Below, one piece after another: positions 17,388 through 27,705 of a stretch of 64,000 nucleotides of DNA. A program made the position numbers and the translations under genes. Source of the stretch: an uncultured SAR86 cluster bacterium (GTDB taxonomy: Bacteria > Pseudomonadota > Gammaproteobacteria > Magnimaribacterales > D2472); the NCBI GenBank assembly GCA_943788365.1, contig CALSPZ010000001.1:905970-969969 (forward strand). The letters are read 5' to 3'. A model generated the notes under the pieces. It was not told the origin of the DNA. It made no database searches and saw only the letters and a list, made by a program, of their open reading frames with translations. Positions within the stretch are counted from its first letter, which is position 1. Each line of letters opens with the position of its first letter.

Positions 17388-19544
17388 ATGAAAGGAACTG
17401 TTTTATATGAAGTGATTGATAATGTGGCTGTTCTTACTGTGGATAATCCACCAGTAAACCCATTAAGCGATGGAGTTCGTCAGGGTGCTTACGAAGGAAT
17501 GGTAAGAGCTGAAGAGGATCCTAGCGTTAAAGCAGTTGTAATTACTGGAAATGGAAGGGCTTTTATTGCAGGTGCGGATATATCAGAGTTTGGTGGATCA
17601 GGAGAAGGGCATAATCTAAATGAAGTCTTCAAAAAAATAGAGTTCTCATCAAAACCTGTAGTTGCTGCTATAAATGGGTTGGCTCTTGGCGGCGGATTAG
17701 AAACAGCGTTATGCTGTAATTATAGAATTGCCTCTACAGAAGCTTTTATGGGGTTACCCGAAGTTAATTTAGGTTTATTGCCTGGAGCAGGCGGAACACA
17801 AAGGCTTCCAAGGCTTATTGGACCTTCTGAAGCTCTTAAAATGATAATTTCTGGAGCGCATATTTCGGCTAAGAAGGCTCACTCTTTGGGTATTGTTGAT
17901 TTAATTTCTGAAAATATATTAGAAGATTCGATTAAATTCGCTCTAAACAAGGCTAATTCCTCTGAATCACACCCAAAAGTTAGAGATTTAAATGATAAAG
18001 TGATAGAAGCAAGGGGTTCTGATAATGTTTTAATTGAAGCGAAAGCTCTAGCTGCTAAAACAAGGAAAGGTCAGTATGCTCCAGGTCAGATAATTAAATG
18101 TGTAGAGGCAGCGATAGATTGTGATGATTTTGATGAAGGTCTTAAAAAGGAAGGTGCTTACTTTTTAGAATGTCTACTGCACCCTCAAAGAGAAGCCATG
18201 ATCCATATCTTCTTTGGTGAGAGAGCTGCATCAAAAATTTTAGATGTTCCAAAGGAAACTCAACTCAAGAAAATAAATAGAGCTGCTGTAATAGGCTCAG
18301 GGACCATGGGAGGAGGTATAGCAATGTGTTTTGCAAATGCTGGAATTCCAGTGCATATAATTGATCAAGATTCAGATAACCTAAAAAGAGGTATAGGTGT
18401 AATTGAGTCAAACTATAACTATATGGTAAAACGCGGTCGTATAAATGAAGATCAAAAAAATGCTATCTTTGGACTAATATCTTCAAGTTTAAAATACGAA
18501 GACATTAAAGATGTTGATATAGTAATTGAAGCGGTATATGAAAATTTAGAGCTTAAAACTTCAATTTTTAAAAGCTTGGACCAGCATGTAAATAAAGATG
18601 CAATCCTAGCATCTAATACTTCTGGACTTGATATAGACTCAATAGCGCAGGCAACAAGTAGGCCTGAAAAGGTAGTGGGTACTCACTTTTTTAGCCCTGC
18701 TAATATTATGAGACTCTTGGAAGTTGTAAGAGGCGATGCCTCTAGCAACGAAACGCTTGCTACTGTAATGTCACTAGGGAAGAAGCTTAAGAAGGCATCT
18801 GTTGTATCATTAAATGCTCCTGGGTTTATTGGAAACAGAATGCTTTCTGGATACACAACTCAAGCAAATATGCTTTTGTTAGAGGGCGCTCTACCTCACC
18901 AAGTTGATCAAGCCTTAGAGTCATTTGGTATGAGTATGGGGCCTTTTAGAATGTTAGATTTGGTTGGCCTAGATTTAGGTTGGAGGGCTAGAAAACTGAG
19001 TGGAAAAGATGCTCCTCTGGCATCTAAAATTAATGATGAGTTATGCGAACAAGGAAAATTCGGTCAAAAAAATAGTAAAGGTTTTTATAATTATAATGAA
19101 GGCTCTAGAGCACCAAATCCAGCTCCAGAGAATGAGGAAATTTATAAAAAAGTTTCTGCTAATAATGGTTTTGAAAGAAGAGATATATCTGATGTAGAGA
19201 TTGTAGACAGATGCATACTCTCATTGGTGAATGAGGGTGCACAAATACTATCTGAAGGTGTGGCGCAGAGAGCAGTTGATATGGATGTTGTATATATAAA
19301 TGGTTATGGCTTCCCTATATGGAGAGGTGGGCCAATGCATCATGCGAATACCTTAGGTATTAAAGAAGTTGTTGAAAGGCTCAATAAATATAAAGAATTA
19401 ACTAAAGATGTTTCATTCACACCATCAAAAATGCTCTTAGATCTTGCAGATAATGATGAAAAGCTTGTAAATGCACCTGAGGTTGGTAAAAGACAGGAAA
19501 AACTTGCCTTTAATAGCCCTAGCATTGGAAATAAAAACTTCTAG
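17388..19544 (+). CDS. bifunctional enoyl-CoA hydratase / 3-hydroxyacyl-CoA dehydrogenase (FadB/FadJ-like)
   Basis: N-terminal crotonase fold (PPVNPLS, FIAGADI, GLALGGGLE). Central GSGTMGGGIA NAD-binding fold followed by 3HCDH C-terminal domains. The start is set at MKGTVLYEV (AAAGG 7 nt upstream), because the ORF-track ATG at 17358 overlaps a TATAAT box at 17354-17359. Confidence 0.85.
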   Translation: MKGTVLYEVIDNVAVLTVDNPPVNPLSDGVRQGAYEGMVRAEEDPSVKAVVITGNGRAFIAGADISEFGGSGEGHNLNEVFKKIEFSSKPVVAAINGLALGGGLETALCCNYRIASTEAFMGLPEVNLGLLPGAGGTQRLPRLIGPSEALKMIISGAHISAKKAHSLGIVDLISENILEDSIKFALNKANSSESHPKVRDLNDKVIEARGSDNVLIEAKALAAKTRKGQYAPGQIIKCVEAAIDCDDFDEGLKKEGAYFLECLLHPQREAMIHIFFGERAASKILDVPKETQLKKINRAAVIGSGTMGGGIAMCFANAGIPVHIIDQDSDNLKRGIGVIESNYNYMVKRGRINEDQKNAIFGLISSSLKYEDIKDVDIVIEAVYENLELKTSIFKSLDQHVNKDAILASNTSGLDIDSIAQATSRPEKVVGTHFFSPANIMRLLEVVRGDASSNETLATVMSLGKKLKKASVVSLNAPGFIGNRMLSGYTTQANMLLLEGALPHQVDQALESFGMSMGPFRMLDLVGLDLGWRARKLSGKDAPLASKINDELCEQGKFGQKNSKGFYNYNEGSRAPNPAPENEEIYKKVSANNGFERRDISDVEIVDRCILSLVNEGAQILSEGVAQRAVDMDVVYINGYGFPIWRGGPMHHANTLGIKEVVERLNKYKELTKDVSFTPSKMLLDLADNDEKLVNAPEVGKRQEKLAFNSPSIGNKNF

Positions 19545-19546
19545 TT

Positions 19547-20083
19547 TTAAATTAAAATATTGACTTTTGTTCCTTTATTAACAATGTTATAAAGCTTTAT
19601 AACATCATCATTGAACATTCTTATGCATCCATGAGATGCTTTAGTCCCTATAAGGCCTTCTTCTTGCGTCCCATGGATATAAATATATCTAGAATAAGAG
19701 TCTATTCCGGAGCCTGCGTTTTTACCTTGCTCCTCTCCTGTAAGCCATAAAATTCTAGAGGTTACATAATCATTCTCTGTATCTATATGATCATGTATTA
19801 CTTCTGCTTGCCTTTGTGTATTAATTCTTGATTTAAAAATTGTATTAACTTCCGCGCCTTCTCCAATCATAGATCGTATAGAGTGCATTCCAAGAGGTGT
19901 TTTGAATGAGTTGGCAGTACTTCCTTCACCATATGAAGAAGTTGAAATAGCGTAACTATGCGTTCTTAATGAACCTTTGAGCACATAAAGCCTTTGCTCA
20001 TTTATACTAATTTCTATAGATATATCATTGCTAAGGCCAAGTAAAGGCAATAATAAAATAGTTAGTAATCTAATCTTAGCCAT
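19547..20083 (-). CDS. L,D-transpeptidase family protein (YkuD domain)
   Basis: Signal peptide; IHGT...GTKASHGCIRM catalytic motif. Confidence 0.85.
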   Translation of the reverse strand: MAKIRLLTILLLPLLGLSNDISIEISINEQRLYVLKGSLRTHSYAISTSSYGEGSTANSFKTPLGMHSIRSMIGEGAEVNTIFKSRINTQRQAEVIHDHIDTENDYVTSRILWLTGEEQGKNAGSGIDSYSRYIYIHGTQEEGLIGTKASHGCIRMFNDDVIKLYNIVNKGTKVNILI

Positions 20084-21534
20084 AGATTAATTATAATTGA
20101 AATAATCACTGAGGATATGCCTAGAATATAAGAAAATAAATATCCATATTTAGAAAAAAAGGATCTGTCATCAATAAAATCCAGGGAACCATTTAAAACA
20201 CCCTTTTGCCCCTTTCCTAAAAAATCAACTATTGTTCCTTTATTAGATATAATGGCTGAATATCCATCATTTGCTGCTCTTATAAGCCACTTATTATTTT
20301 CAGCAGCTCTAATTCTTGCAAGATCAAGATGATGATATGGGCCAATTGAATTTCCAAACCAAGTATCATTAGATACATTTATGATAAATTTAGAACTTAT
20401 GTTACTTTTTCTAACAGATTCACTAAACGCAATATCAAAACAAATTAAAGCGGAGTAGCTTATTTCACTAAAAGCATCCAAATACATCGTATTTTGATCT
20501 ATTGATCCTCTATTAACAGTTGACATGGGCATATCAAAGAAAGATATAAGACCTCTTAAATACTGTTCAAAAGGTATAAATTCTCCAAAAGGCACTAGGT
20601 GTACCTTATTGTATTGAGATCCTTCAGTAGAATTAACGATTGAATTATATAAATTACTATTTTTATAACTCCAGGCCCCCATAATCGTCTGTTTTGGTAA
20701 TTTTTCTTGAAATTCCTTAAATCTTATATCTTCATATGCATATGGTAGCTCGGCCTCTGGAAGTACTATAAGTGTAGATTTTTCTGAGCTTTCTTTCGAT
20801 AGCTTTAATATATTAGCTTCGATTTGATCAGAGTAACCTTGATTATATTTTTGAAACGGGTCTGTGGAAGGCTGGATGATAGTAAAGTCTAAATCTTGTC
20901 TTGGCTCAACATTAATTAAATTTTTATTAGGAAATGAGATTATGAATGGCACTATGCAATAAATTAGAAGTAAACGATCTTTATTGCTCCATCTAGATGC
21001 AATCAATGCAGATGAAAGATAAATAATAAATGAACCGCCAAGGGCACCAAAAATTGGATAAATACTTTGAGAGATAGTATCCAGCAGTGTGGCTCCTGAG
21101 ATAAGCCATGGAATGCCATATAAAAGATAATTCATACTCACTTCACTAAGCATCAATACGCTTGATATTAAAATTAAATTAATAATTTTATGTCTTTCAA
21201 TATTTGAAATAAGTACTTTAGAAATAAAAAATAATGGGCCAGAGAATGCTAGCGTTAATATAAGAACTAATAATATAAATACTATTAAAGATATTAATAT
21301 GCTAGTTTGTCCGTAATAGTAAACACTTACTATTAACCAAGACATTCCTAAGCCCCAGTGGCCTAATGACCAATAAAAAAGTTTACTTATTCTTCTCTTG
21401 TTATTAAATATCAATTCCTTTATCAGATAGGCATATGAGAAAAATATAAGGGGCTTGATTGAAAAGGGTGCAAATGAAAATATGCCAAGGATACCAAATA
21501 AGAATGGTGTAAGGCTTGTGCTAAGTTTCATCAA
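20062..21534 (-). CDS. lnt: apolipoprotein N-acyltransferase
   Basis: Multi-TM N-terminal half and a CN-hydrolase domain (LPEAE.., ALICFD, NDTWFG); corC-lnt synteny. Confidence 0.9.
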   Translation of the reverse strand: MMKLSTSLTPFLFGILGIFSFAPFSIKPLIFFSYAYLIKELIFNNKRRISKLFYWSLGHWGLGMSWLIVSVYYYGQTSILISLIVFILLVLILTLAFSGPLFFISKVLISNIERHKIINLILISSVLMLSEVSMNYLLYGIPWLISGATLLDTISQSIYPIFGALGGSFIIYLSSALIASRWSNKDRLLLIYCIVPFIISFPNKNLINVEPRQDLDFTIIQPSTDPFQKYNQGYSDQIEANILKLSKESSEKSTLIVLPEAELPYAYEDIRFKEFQEKLPKQTIMGAWSYKNSNLYNSIVNSTEGSQYNKVHLVPFGEFIPFEQYLRGLISFFDMPMSTVNRGSIDQNTMYLDAFSEISYSALICFDIAFSESVRKSNISSKFIINVSNDTWFGNSIGPYHHLDLARIRAAENNKWLIRAANDGYSAIISNKGTIVDFLGKGQKGVLNGSLDFIDDRSFFSKYGYLFSYILGISSVIISIIINLWLRLDY

Positions 21535-22385
21535 GGTACTTTAATTGAGACCTTATTTATTTTCCTATCATCAGCATCAGAAACAATTATTGTTAAGCCA
21601 TCTATCGTTATTTCATCACCTATTTTAGGTAGGACGCCTAAAAATGAAATAATAAATCCGCCTAAAGTTTCGGCATCTATACTCATTGGATCTAGGCTCA
21701 TTTTAAAGAACTCAACAAAAACCTCTAATTCAACTTTCGCATCTGCAGCATAAAGACCATCTGATATCTTAATAATGTCATCTTCTTCAACATCATGTTC
21801 ATCTTCAATCTCACCAACTAATTCTTCAAGAATATCCTCTATAGTGACTAAACCAGAAATTGTTCCATACTCATCAATTACAATTGCTAAATGTGATCTG
21901 TCTTTTTTGAATTCTTCCAGCAAAGCGTCAGCTTTCTTCGTTTCTGGAACAATATTGGGTACACGAAGCATTTCACCTATTTCAAAATTATCATTTCCGT
22001 TAACTATTTTTGGTAAAATGTCTTTAGCTAGCAGAATGCCGGCAACCTCGTCTCTTTCTGTTCCTAAGACCGGATATCTAGAGTGTCCAGAGTCAATTAT
22101 TCTATCAATGATGACATTCGTTTCTTCGTTAACGGTTACCGTAACCATATCCACCTTCGGCACCATAATTTCTTTAACAGTGGTTGATCCCAATCTAATA
22201 GCTTTATTTGCAATAGATTCCGCTTCTTTATCAATGATATTTTGGTCAACGGCATCTTTTAGAAAGTCAGCAACTTCAGCAACAGTTTGAGTTTTTATAA
22301 AAAATGGATTTCTAAAGTATTTTTTTAGTCTAGCAATAATTCCCGACGGAGGCTGGGATTCTTCTTTATCTAATTGTTGATTCAT
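21531..22385 (-). CDS. corC: CBS-pair / CorC_HlyC domain magnesium-cobalt efflux protein
   Basis: Tandem CBS domains, EDILEELVGEIEDEHD, and a transporter-associated C-terminal domain; ybeX position. Confidence 0.9.
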   Translation of the reverse strand: MNQQLDKEESQPPSGIIARLKKYFRNPFFIKTQTVAEVADFLKDAVDQNIIDKEAESIANKAIRLGSTTVKEIMVPKVDMVTVTVNEETNVIIDRIIDSGHSRYPVLGTERDEVAGILLAKDILPKIVNGNDNFEIGEMLRVPNIVPETKKADALLEEFKKDRSHLAIVIDEYGTISGLVTIEDILEELVGEIEDEHDVEEDDIIKISDGLYAADAKVELEVFVEFFKMSLDPMSIDAETLGGFIISFLGVLPKIGDEITIDGLTIIVSDADDRKINKVSIKVP

Positions 22386-22392
22386 TCGTTTA

Positions 22393-22842
22393 TTATAGGT
22401 ATGGGTTTTTTATTTTCTGTTCGTCTAATATTAAAATTTCTTTTTCTTCCATGATAGATGCCTCAGCTTCATTCTCATGGTTATAGCCTAGTATATGATA
22501 TAAACCGTGAGCAAGCATGTGCATTAGATGATCGCTTATATTTTTTCCTTGCTTAACTGCCTCAACTTCTACAAATTCATAACTTATAGCAATATCACCA
22601 AGGCTATTAGTTACGTTCTTTGAAATATCATCATTAGTGAACGAGAGTACATTAGTTGGACTATCTTTGCCTCTAAAAATTTTGTTTAGTTCGGCTATTT
22701 CTTTATTTGTTACTATTTTCAAGTTTACTGATGATAATTTACTACCTTCTTTATTGAGAATATTGCTAGCAATAATAGAAAGCTTATCTCTGACCTCCGA
22801 GGAGAGCTTGGCATATGTATCGTTAATATTAAGTGAGTTCAA
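22393..22842 (-). CDS. ybeY: rRNA maturation endoribonuclease YbeY
   Basis: HMLAHGLYHILGYNH zinc motif (H..HG..H..G..H). Confidence 0.9.
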   Translation of the reverse strand: MNSLNINDTYAKLSSEVRDKLSIIASNILNKEGSKLSSVNLKIVTNKEIAELNKIFRGKDSPTNVLSFTNDDISKNVTNSLGDIAISYEFVEVEAVKQGKNISDHLMHMLAHGLYHILGYNHENEAEASIMEEKEILILDEQKIKNPYL

Positions 22843-23825
22843 CTTGTAATTTTTTGCTCAAATTTTTCATAAGCATCAATAATTTTTCTAACAAGAGGGT
22901 GCCTAACTACATCGCTTGATTGGAATTGGATTACTCCTATTTCCTTCACTCCCTCCATAACTCCCATTACATGATGAAGTCCTGACACGGAATGTTTTGG
23001 AAGATCTATTTGTGTTAGGTCACCATTAATTACTGCCTTTGAACCAAATCCCATTCTTGTTAGAACCATTTTCATTTGATCCTGAGTGGTGTTTTGACTT
23101 TCATCCATGATAATAAAGCAATTATTCAAAGTTCTTCCTCTTAAATAAGCAAGAGGTGCAACTTCAATTATTTCTTTTTCAATAAGCTTATTAACTCTTT
23201 CCATTCCAAGCATTTCGTATAATGCATCGTAAAGTGGTCTTAAATAAGGATCAACTTTCTGAGAAAGATCTCCAGGAAGAAAGCCCAGCTTCTCGCCAGC
23301 TTCAACAGCCGGTCTGATGAGAACTATTCTCTTTACCTTCTCGTTTAACAAGGCATCCACTGCACAAGCTACTGCTAAAAACGTCTTGCCTGTTCCAGCT
23401 GGCCCAACTCCGAAAATAAGCTCCTTGGAGAATATCTTTTTTATATATTCTTGTTGATTTTTTCCTCTTGCCTTAATTGTCTTTCTTGGTGTTTTAATTT
23501 CAATATTTGAAAAAGCATTGAATGATGTTTCCTGCCCAATGCTAAGATTTAAATGAGATTGGACACACAAATGGACTGATTCTTTGCTTAACTCAATACT
23601 TTTATTGGTGAGATTGTATAAATCAAGAATTGCATTAGATGCGTGCTTAACATTTTTACTCTGGCCCTGAATTTTTAATTCATCACCTTTATGGAAAATT
23701 TTAACTTCAAAGGTTTTCTCAACAAGCTTTAAATTTCCATTTAGCTCGCCTACAAAAGCGGCTATTCTTGCGGCGCTAGAGGGTTCAAGGGAAATATTTT
23801 TTAGGTAATTTTGATTATCTTGCAT
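22839..23825 (-). CDS. ybeZ: PhoH-like ATPase
   Basis: GPAGTGKTFLA Walker A, FIIMDESQN, and GDLTQIDLP. Confidence 0.9.
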   Translation of the reverse strand: MQDNQNYLKNISLEPSSAARIAAFVGELNGNLKLVEKTFEVKIFHKGDELKIQGQSKNVKHASNAILDLYNLTNKSIELSKESVHLCVQSHLNLSIGQETSFNAFSNIEIKTPRKTIKARGKNQQEYIKKIFSKELIFGVGPAGTGKTFLAVACAVDALLNEKVKRIVLIRPAVEAGEKLGFLPGDLSQKVDPYLRPLYDALYEMLGMERVNKLIEKEIIEVAPLAYLRGRTLNNCFIIMDESQNTTQDQMKMVLTRMGFGSKAVINGDLTQIDLPKHSVSGLHHVMGVMEGVKEIGVIQFQSSDVVRHPLVRKIIDAYEKFEQKITS

Positions 23826-23843
23826 TAATTTTTAATTTTACAC

Positions 23844-25172
23844 TCAATTGTCATGTATTGAACCTAATAAAGAGTTTGCAAGTGCTTTTTCAATCTTTAT
23901 ATCTACAAGATTTCCTATAAGATCTGTTTTAGTAAAATCAAAATTTACCACCCTATTACACTCTGTTCTAGCCTGAAGTTGATCGGGGCTTTTTTTAGCA
24001 ATTCCAGTAACGAGACATCTCTCAATACCGCCTTCCATTTGCACGCTATGATTTTTATGAAAGGAATTTAAGGTAGATTGAAGAATGCTTAGCCTTTCTT
24101 TCTTCTCACTTAGGCTAACAGGATCACTTAATTTTGTTGCAGGTGTTCCTGGTCTCGGAGAATATATAAAGCTAAATGATGAATCAAATTTTATTAGATT
24201 TACTAACTCCATTGTAAGTTCAAAATCTTTGCTTGTTTCTCCTGGAAATCCAACAATAAAATCTGATGAGACTCTTAAATCAGGTCTTGTATTCTTAATT
24301 CTATTTACAACATCGACGAAGAGTTCAGTTGTATAGTTTCTTTTCATTTTTTGAAGAATTGAGTTAGACCCTGATTGAACTGGTAGATGAAGTTGGCTAA
24401 CTAATTGGGGAACTGACTTATAAACATCAATAAGGTCATCAGTCATATCAAGGGGATGAGATGTTGTATATCGAATTCTTTTTACTCCATCTATATGACT
24501 AGAAATCTCAATAAGGTCTGATAGTCTCAGCATCCTTCCGTTTAATGGCATTATGTATGAGTTAACATTTTGCCCAATAAAAGTTATTTCTGAGACGCCT
24601 TGCTCAACTAGCCTAGCAATCTCATCAAAAATTTGTTCTGGCTTTCTGCTAACCTCATCGCCTCTTGTATAAGGAACAACACAGAAAGAGCAATATTTTG
24701 AACAGCCTTCCATAATAGAAACAAAGCTTGATGGGCCTGATGATGAGGGGGAGGGCAGTGAATCAAACTTTTCTTCTATTGGGAATGTTATATCAATTGC
24801 TTTTATGCCACTTTCTTTTTTAATATCTAGTAAATCAGGCACTTTATGGAGAGTTTGTGGGCCATATATTAAATCAACATAAGGAGCTCTTTTCATAATA
24901 TTCTTGCCTTCTTGGGTGGCAACACATCCTCCAACACCAATCTTTAGATTAGGGTTTTTTTCTTTTAGCTTCCTTAGTCTGCCTAAATCTGAATAGACCT
25001 TTGCTTCAGCCTTCTCTCTAATTGAGCATGTATTAAGCAAAACGATATCTGCTTCTTCTGGGCTATCGGTAACCGTGACATTTTTTTTATCTTTCAATAT
25101 GTCAATAGTCTTCTCAGAGTCATATTCATTCATTTGACATCCGAAGGTTTTAATATAAAGTTTCGTTCCCAT
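23844..25172 (-). CDS. miaB: tRNA (i6A37) methylthiotransferase
   Basis: N-terminal FGCQMNEYDS, radical-SAM CSKYCSFCVVP, and a C-terminal TRAM domain. Confidence 0.95.
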   Translation of the reverse strand: MGTKLYIKTFGCQMNEYDSEKTIDILKDKKNVTVTDSPEEADIVLLNTCSIREKAEAKVYSDLGRLRKLKEKNPNLKIGVGGCVATQEGKNIMKRAPYVDLIYGPQTLHKVPDLLDIKKESGIKAIDITFPIEEKFDSLPSPSSSGPSSFVSIMEGCSKYCSFCVVPYTRGDEVSRKPEQIFDEIARLVEQGVSEITFIGQNVNSYIMPLNGRMLRLSDLIEISSHIDGVKRIRYTTSHPLDMTDDLIDVYKSVPQLVSQLHLPVQSGSNSILQKMKRNYTTELFVDVVNRIKNTRPDLRVSSDFIVGFPGETSKDFELTMELVNLIKFDSSFSFIYSPRPGTPATKLSDPVSLSEKKERLSILQSTLNSFHKNHSVQMEGGIERCLVTGIAKKSPDQLQARTECNRVVNFDFTKTDLIGNLVDIKIEKALANSLLGSIHDN

Positions 25173-25185
25173 ATAATTAAGTATT

Positions 25186-25506
25186 ATGAATATGAAAAGT
25201 GTTTACAAGATAATTTTTATTCAACTTGGTGAAATTTACGAAGTTTTTGCTAAACAAATTTATCAAAGTGATATGTACGGCTTCATCGAGGTTGAGGAGT
25301 ATATATTTAATAAGGATAAACAGCTAGTGGTTGATCCTTCTTCAGAGAAACTAAAAAAAGAATTTGCTAAAGTTGAAAGGAGTTATATTCCTATGAATGC
25401 TATCTTGAGAATAGATGAGGTTAGAGAAACCGGCGAGGCAAAAATAAAAGAAAATAAAGATAGGGTAAGTCCCTTCCCTTTAAATATTCAACCTGCGAAT
25501 AAATAG
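25186..25506 (+). CDS. DUF1820-like conserved hypothetical protein
   Basis: YKIIFIQLGEIYEVFAKQIYQSDMYGFIEVEEYIF...ILRIDEV matches my recollection of the DUF1820 family found next to miaB in Pseudomonas. Confidence 0.55.
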   Translation: MNMKSVYKIIFIQLGEIYEVFAKQIYQSDMYGFIEVEEYIFNKDKQLVVDPSSEKLKKEFAKVERSYIPMNAILRIDEVRETGEAKIKENKDRVSPFPLNIQPANK

Positions 25507-25509
25507 TTT

Positions 25510-26061
25510 TTACTGATCAGGTAAAAATAAATCTTTATAAAATAAAAGCTCCCCTACAGATTCTTTTATATCACCCATGGCTCTATGAGAGCCGTTCTTC
25601 TCATAAACCTGAGCTCCATTCATCCATCTAACTGCTGCTTCTTTAAAGGAGGAGACATCTATATGTCTATAGTTAAAGTATTCTTCTAGCCTTGGCATGT
25701 ATTTGATAAGAAATCTTCTGTCATGTGAAACTGTATTTCCACACATTGGAGATTGCTTGTGGCCAACATATTTTGAGATAAATTCTAATGTTTCAATTTC
25801 AGCCATTTGCATGGTGATATTACTTTTCTTTACTTCTTCAATTAAACCAGATGAGCCATGTTGGTTTTGATTCCAGTCATCCATTTCATCCAATAAAGAG
25901 TTCGGTTGATTGATGATGAGATTTGGTCCCTCGGCTATAATGTTTAGCTGGGAATCTGTAATCAAAGTAGCTATTTCTATAATTTTTTCTTTATTCGGAT
26001 CAAGGCCTGTCATCTCTAGGTCAATCCAAATTAAATTATCTCTTGATTGTAATGTTTTCAT
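25510..26061 (-). CDS. orn: oligoribonuclease
   Basis: LIWIDLEMTGLDP DEDDh exonuclease motif, HDRRFL, and GSHRAMGDI; divergent from rsgA as in E. coli. Confidence 0.95.
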   Translation of the reverse strand: MKTLQSRDNLIWIDLEMTGLDPNKEKIIEIATLITDSQLNIIAEGPNLIINQPNSLLDEMDDWNQNQHGSSGLIEEVKKSNITMQMAEIETLEFISKYVGHKQSPMCGNTVSHDRRFLIKYMPRLEEYFNYRHIDVSSFKEAAVRWMNGAQVYEKNGSHRAMGDIKESVGELLFYKDLFLPDQ

Positions 26062-26102
26062 ACCTTTTTATATTGTCTCCTTTGGTGTATTTTGTGCTTT
26101 AT

Positions 26103-26975
26103 ATGGAAAAAGTTCAAACTGGAATTGTAATAGAATTCTACTCTAACACCTGTCTTGTAAAAGTTGGAAAAGAATTAATTCCCTGTATTGCAATAAAAGA
26201 TGTTGTTGTGGGGGATATAGTTAGCATTGAAAGGATATCTGATAGTAAAGAAAAAAAAGCAAAAATTGTTTCCAGAAAGAAAAGAGTTTCACTTTTATCA
26301 AGAAGAGCAAAACAAAAAAATAAAGCTATTGCTGCTAATGTTTCCCATATTGGCATATTAGTCACAGAGGAGCCGAAAACATCATATGAGTTTGTTGATA
26401 AATGGCTTCTCACTGCTAACTTATCGGGAATCTTGCCATTTATAATTGAGAATAAAGTAGACTTAGATTCATCTGATGAGTTTAAAGAAAAAATTAAAGT
26501 ATATTCTGATCTAGGAATAAAAATTATAAGCATCTCAGCAAAAGAAAGAACTAACCTAAAAAAATTAATAGAATATCTTGATAATAAGAAAATTATATTT
26601 GTTGGCAACTCTGGTGCAGGCAAGTCAACATTAACATCAGCTCTGGTTAATAAAAACATTAAAACATCAGCTCTTTCAAATAACCAAGGGGTTCATACAA
26701 CCTCGGTCTCTACTATGTATGAAATAAATATGAATACTCATATTATTGATTCACCAGGGGTAAGGGACCTGCCAATAAGTGGCTGGGAAAAAGACAATAT
26801 TATTAAAGGCTTTGATGAAATTTTTGAGCTGTCTAAATATTGTAAATTTAGAAATTGTAAGCACTTAAAGGATAAGGGCTGCGCAGTAGTTGAAAATCTA
26901 AAAATACATAAAATTAATACAACACGATACAATAACTTTATTAAATTTAGAGATGAGGAGCTTAATGAAGAATAG
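26103..26975 (+). CDS. rsgA: ribosome small-subunit-dependent GTPase A
   Basis: Circularly permuted GTPase: NKVDL, then GNSGAGKSTL, then DSPG, with a C-terminal zinc knuckle (CKFRNCKH..GC). The start is set at MEKVQTGIV, because the ORF-track start at 26043 overlaps the divergent orn. Confidence 0.9.
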   Translation: MEKVQTGIVIEFYSNTCLVKVGKELIPCIAIKDVVVGDIVSIERISDSKEKKAKIVSRKKRVSLLSRRAKQKNKAIAANVSHIGILVTEEPKTSYEFVDKWLLTANLSGILPFIIENKVDLDSSDEFKEKIKVYSDLGIKIISISAKERTNLKKLIEYLDNKKIIFVGNSGAGKSTLTSALVNKNIKTSALSNNQGVHTTSVSTMYEINMNTHIIDSPGVRDLPISGWEKDNIIKGFDEIFELSKYCKFRNCKHLKDKGCAVVENLKIHKINTTRYNNFIKFRDEELNEE

Positions 26976-27705
26976 AACACATTTTGGCTTTAAAGAGGTT
27001 GATGTTAATGAGAAACAGAGCCATGTTAAAGGCGTTTTTTCTTCTGTAGCAGAAAACTATGATGTAATGAATGATGCAATGTCTATGGGAATGCATAGAA
27101 TCTGGAAAAAAATTCTTATTGAGCTTTCTGGTATTGAAAACAATGACAAGGTGCTAGATATAGCAAGTGGGACTGGAGATATTGCAAAACTTATTTCAAG
27201 AGAATATCCATCAACAGAAGTTTTCATGACTGATATAAATATGGAAATGTTAGGAGAAGGAAGAGACCGTTCAATCAACGAAAGTTTTGACAAGAACTGC
27301 CATTTTTGTCAGTTGAATGGTGAGGCTTTACCATTTAGCGATAAAACATTTGATGTGATTACAATTGGATTTGGCTTACGAAATTTTACAAATAAAGAGG
27401 CTGGTATTGCTGAGATGAATCGTTGTCTAAAAGATGATGGCAGGCTTTTAATTTTAGAATTCTCAAAACCTAAGAATAAAACTTTTTCAAAAATATATGA
27501 CTGGTATTCATTTAATGTCCTTCCAAAACTTGGTTCTATATTGGCAAATGATAGCGATAGTTACCAATATTTAGCAGAGTCAATAAGAATGCATCCTGAC
27601 CAGGAGTCTTTAAAAGAGATGGTTATTAGCTCCGGTTTTAACAGTTGTAGGTTTTATAATTTATTTAATGGTATTGTTGCAATTCATGTCGCCAATAAAA
27701 ACTAA
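26965..27705 (+). CDS. ubiE: ubiquinone/menaquinone C-methyltransferase
   Basis: THFGFKEV...YDVMNDAMSMGMHRIWK and DIASGTGD SAM motif. GAGGAG lies 4 nt upstream of ATG 26965; the alternative start is 26953. Confidence 0.9.
   Translation: MKNRTHFGFKEVDVNEKQSHVKGVFSSVAENYDVMNDAMSMGMHRIWKKILIELSGIENNDKVLDIASGTGDIAKLISREYPSTEVFMTDINMEMLGEGRDRSINESFDKNCHFCQLNGEALPFSDKTFDVITIGFGLRNFTNKEAGIAEMNRCLKDDGRLLILEFSKPKNKTFSKIYDWYSFNVLPKLGSILANDSDSYQYLAESIRMHPDQESLKEMVISSGFNSCRFYNLFNGIVAIHVANKN

Noticed and set aside
21775-22290. 171-aa plus-strand ORF antisense to corC. Similar long antisense ORFs occur at 26138-26659 (in rsgA), 31017-31418 (in LOG), 31941-32291 (in fba), 48025-48393 (in polA) and 49557-49919 (in pckA).
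   Set aside because: The translations are low-complexity and Ser/Ile/Phe-rich with no recognisable motifs. For the corC case, the frame is offset so that stops arise only where the sense gene has Tyr, His or Gln codons after a pyrimidine-ending codon, and those residues are scarce in this Glu/Asp/Ile/Val-rich gene. They are shadow ORFs of well-supported genes on the other strand.
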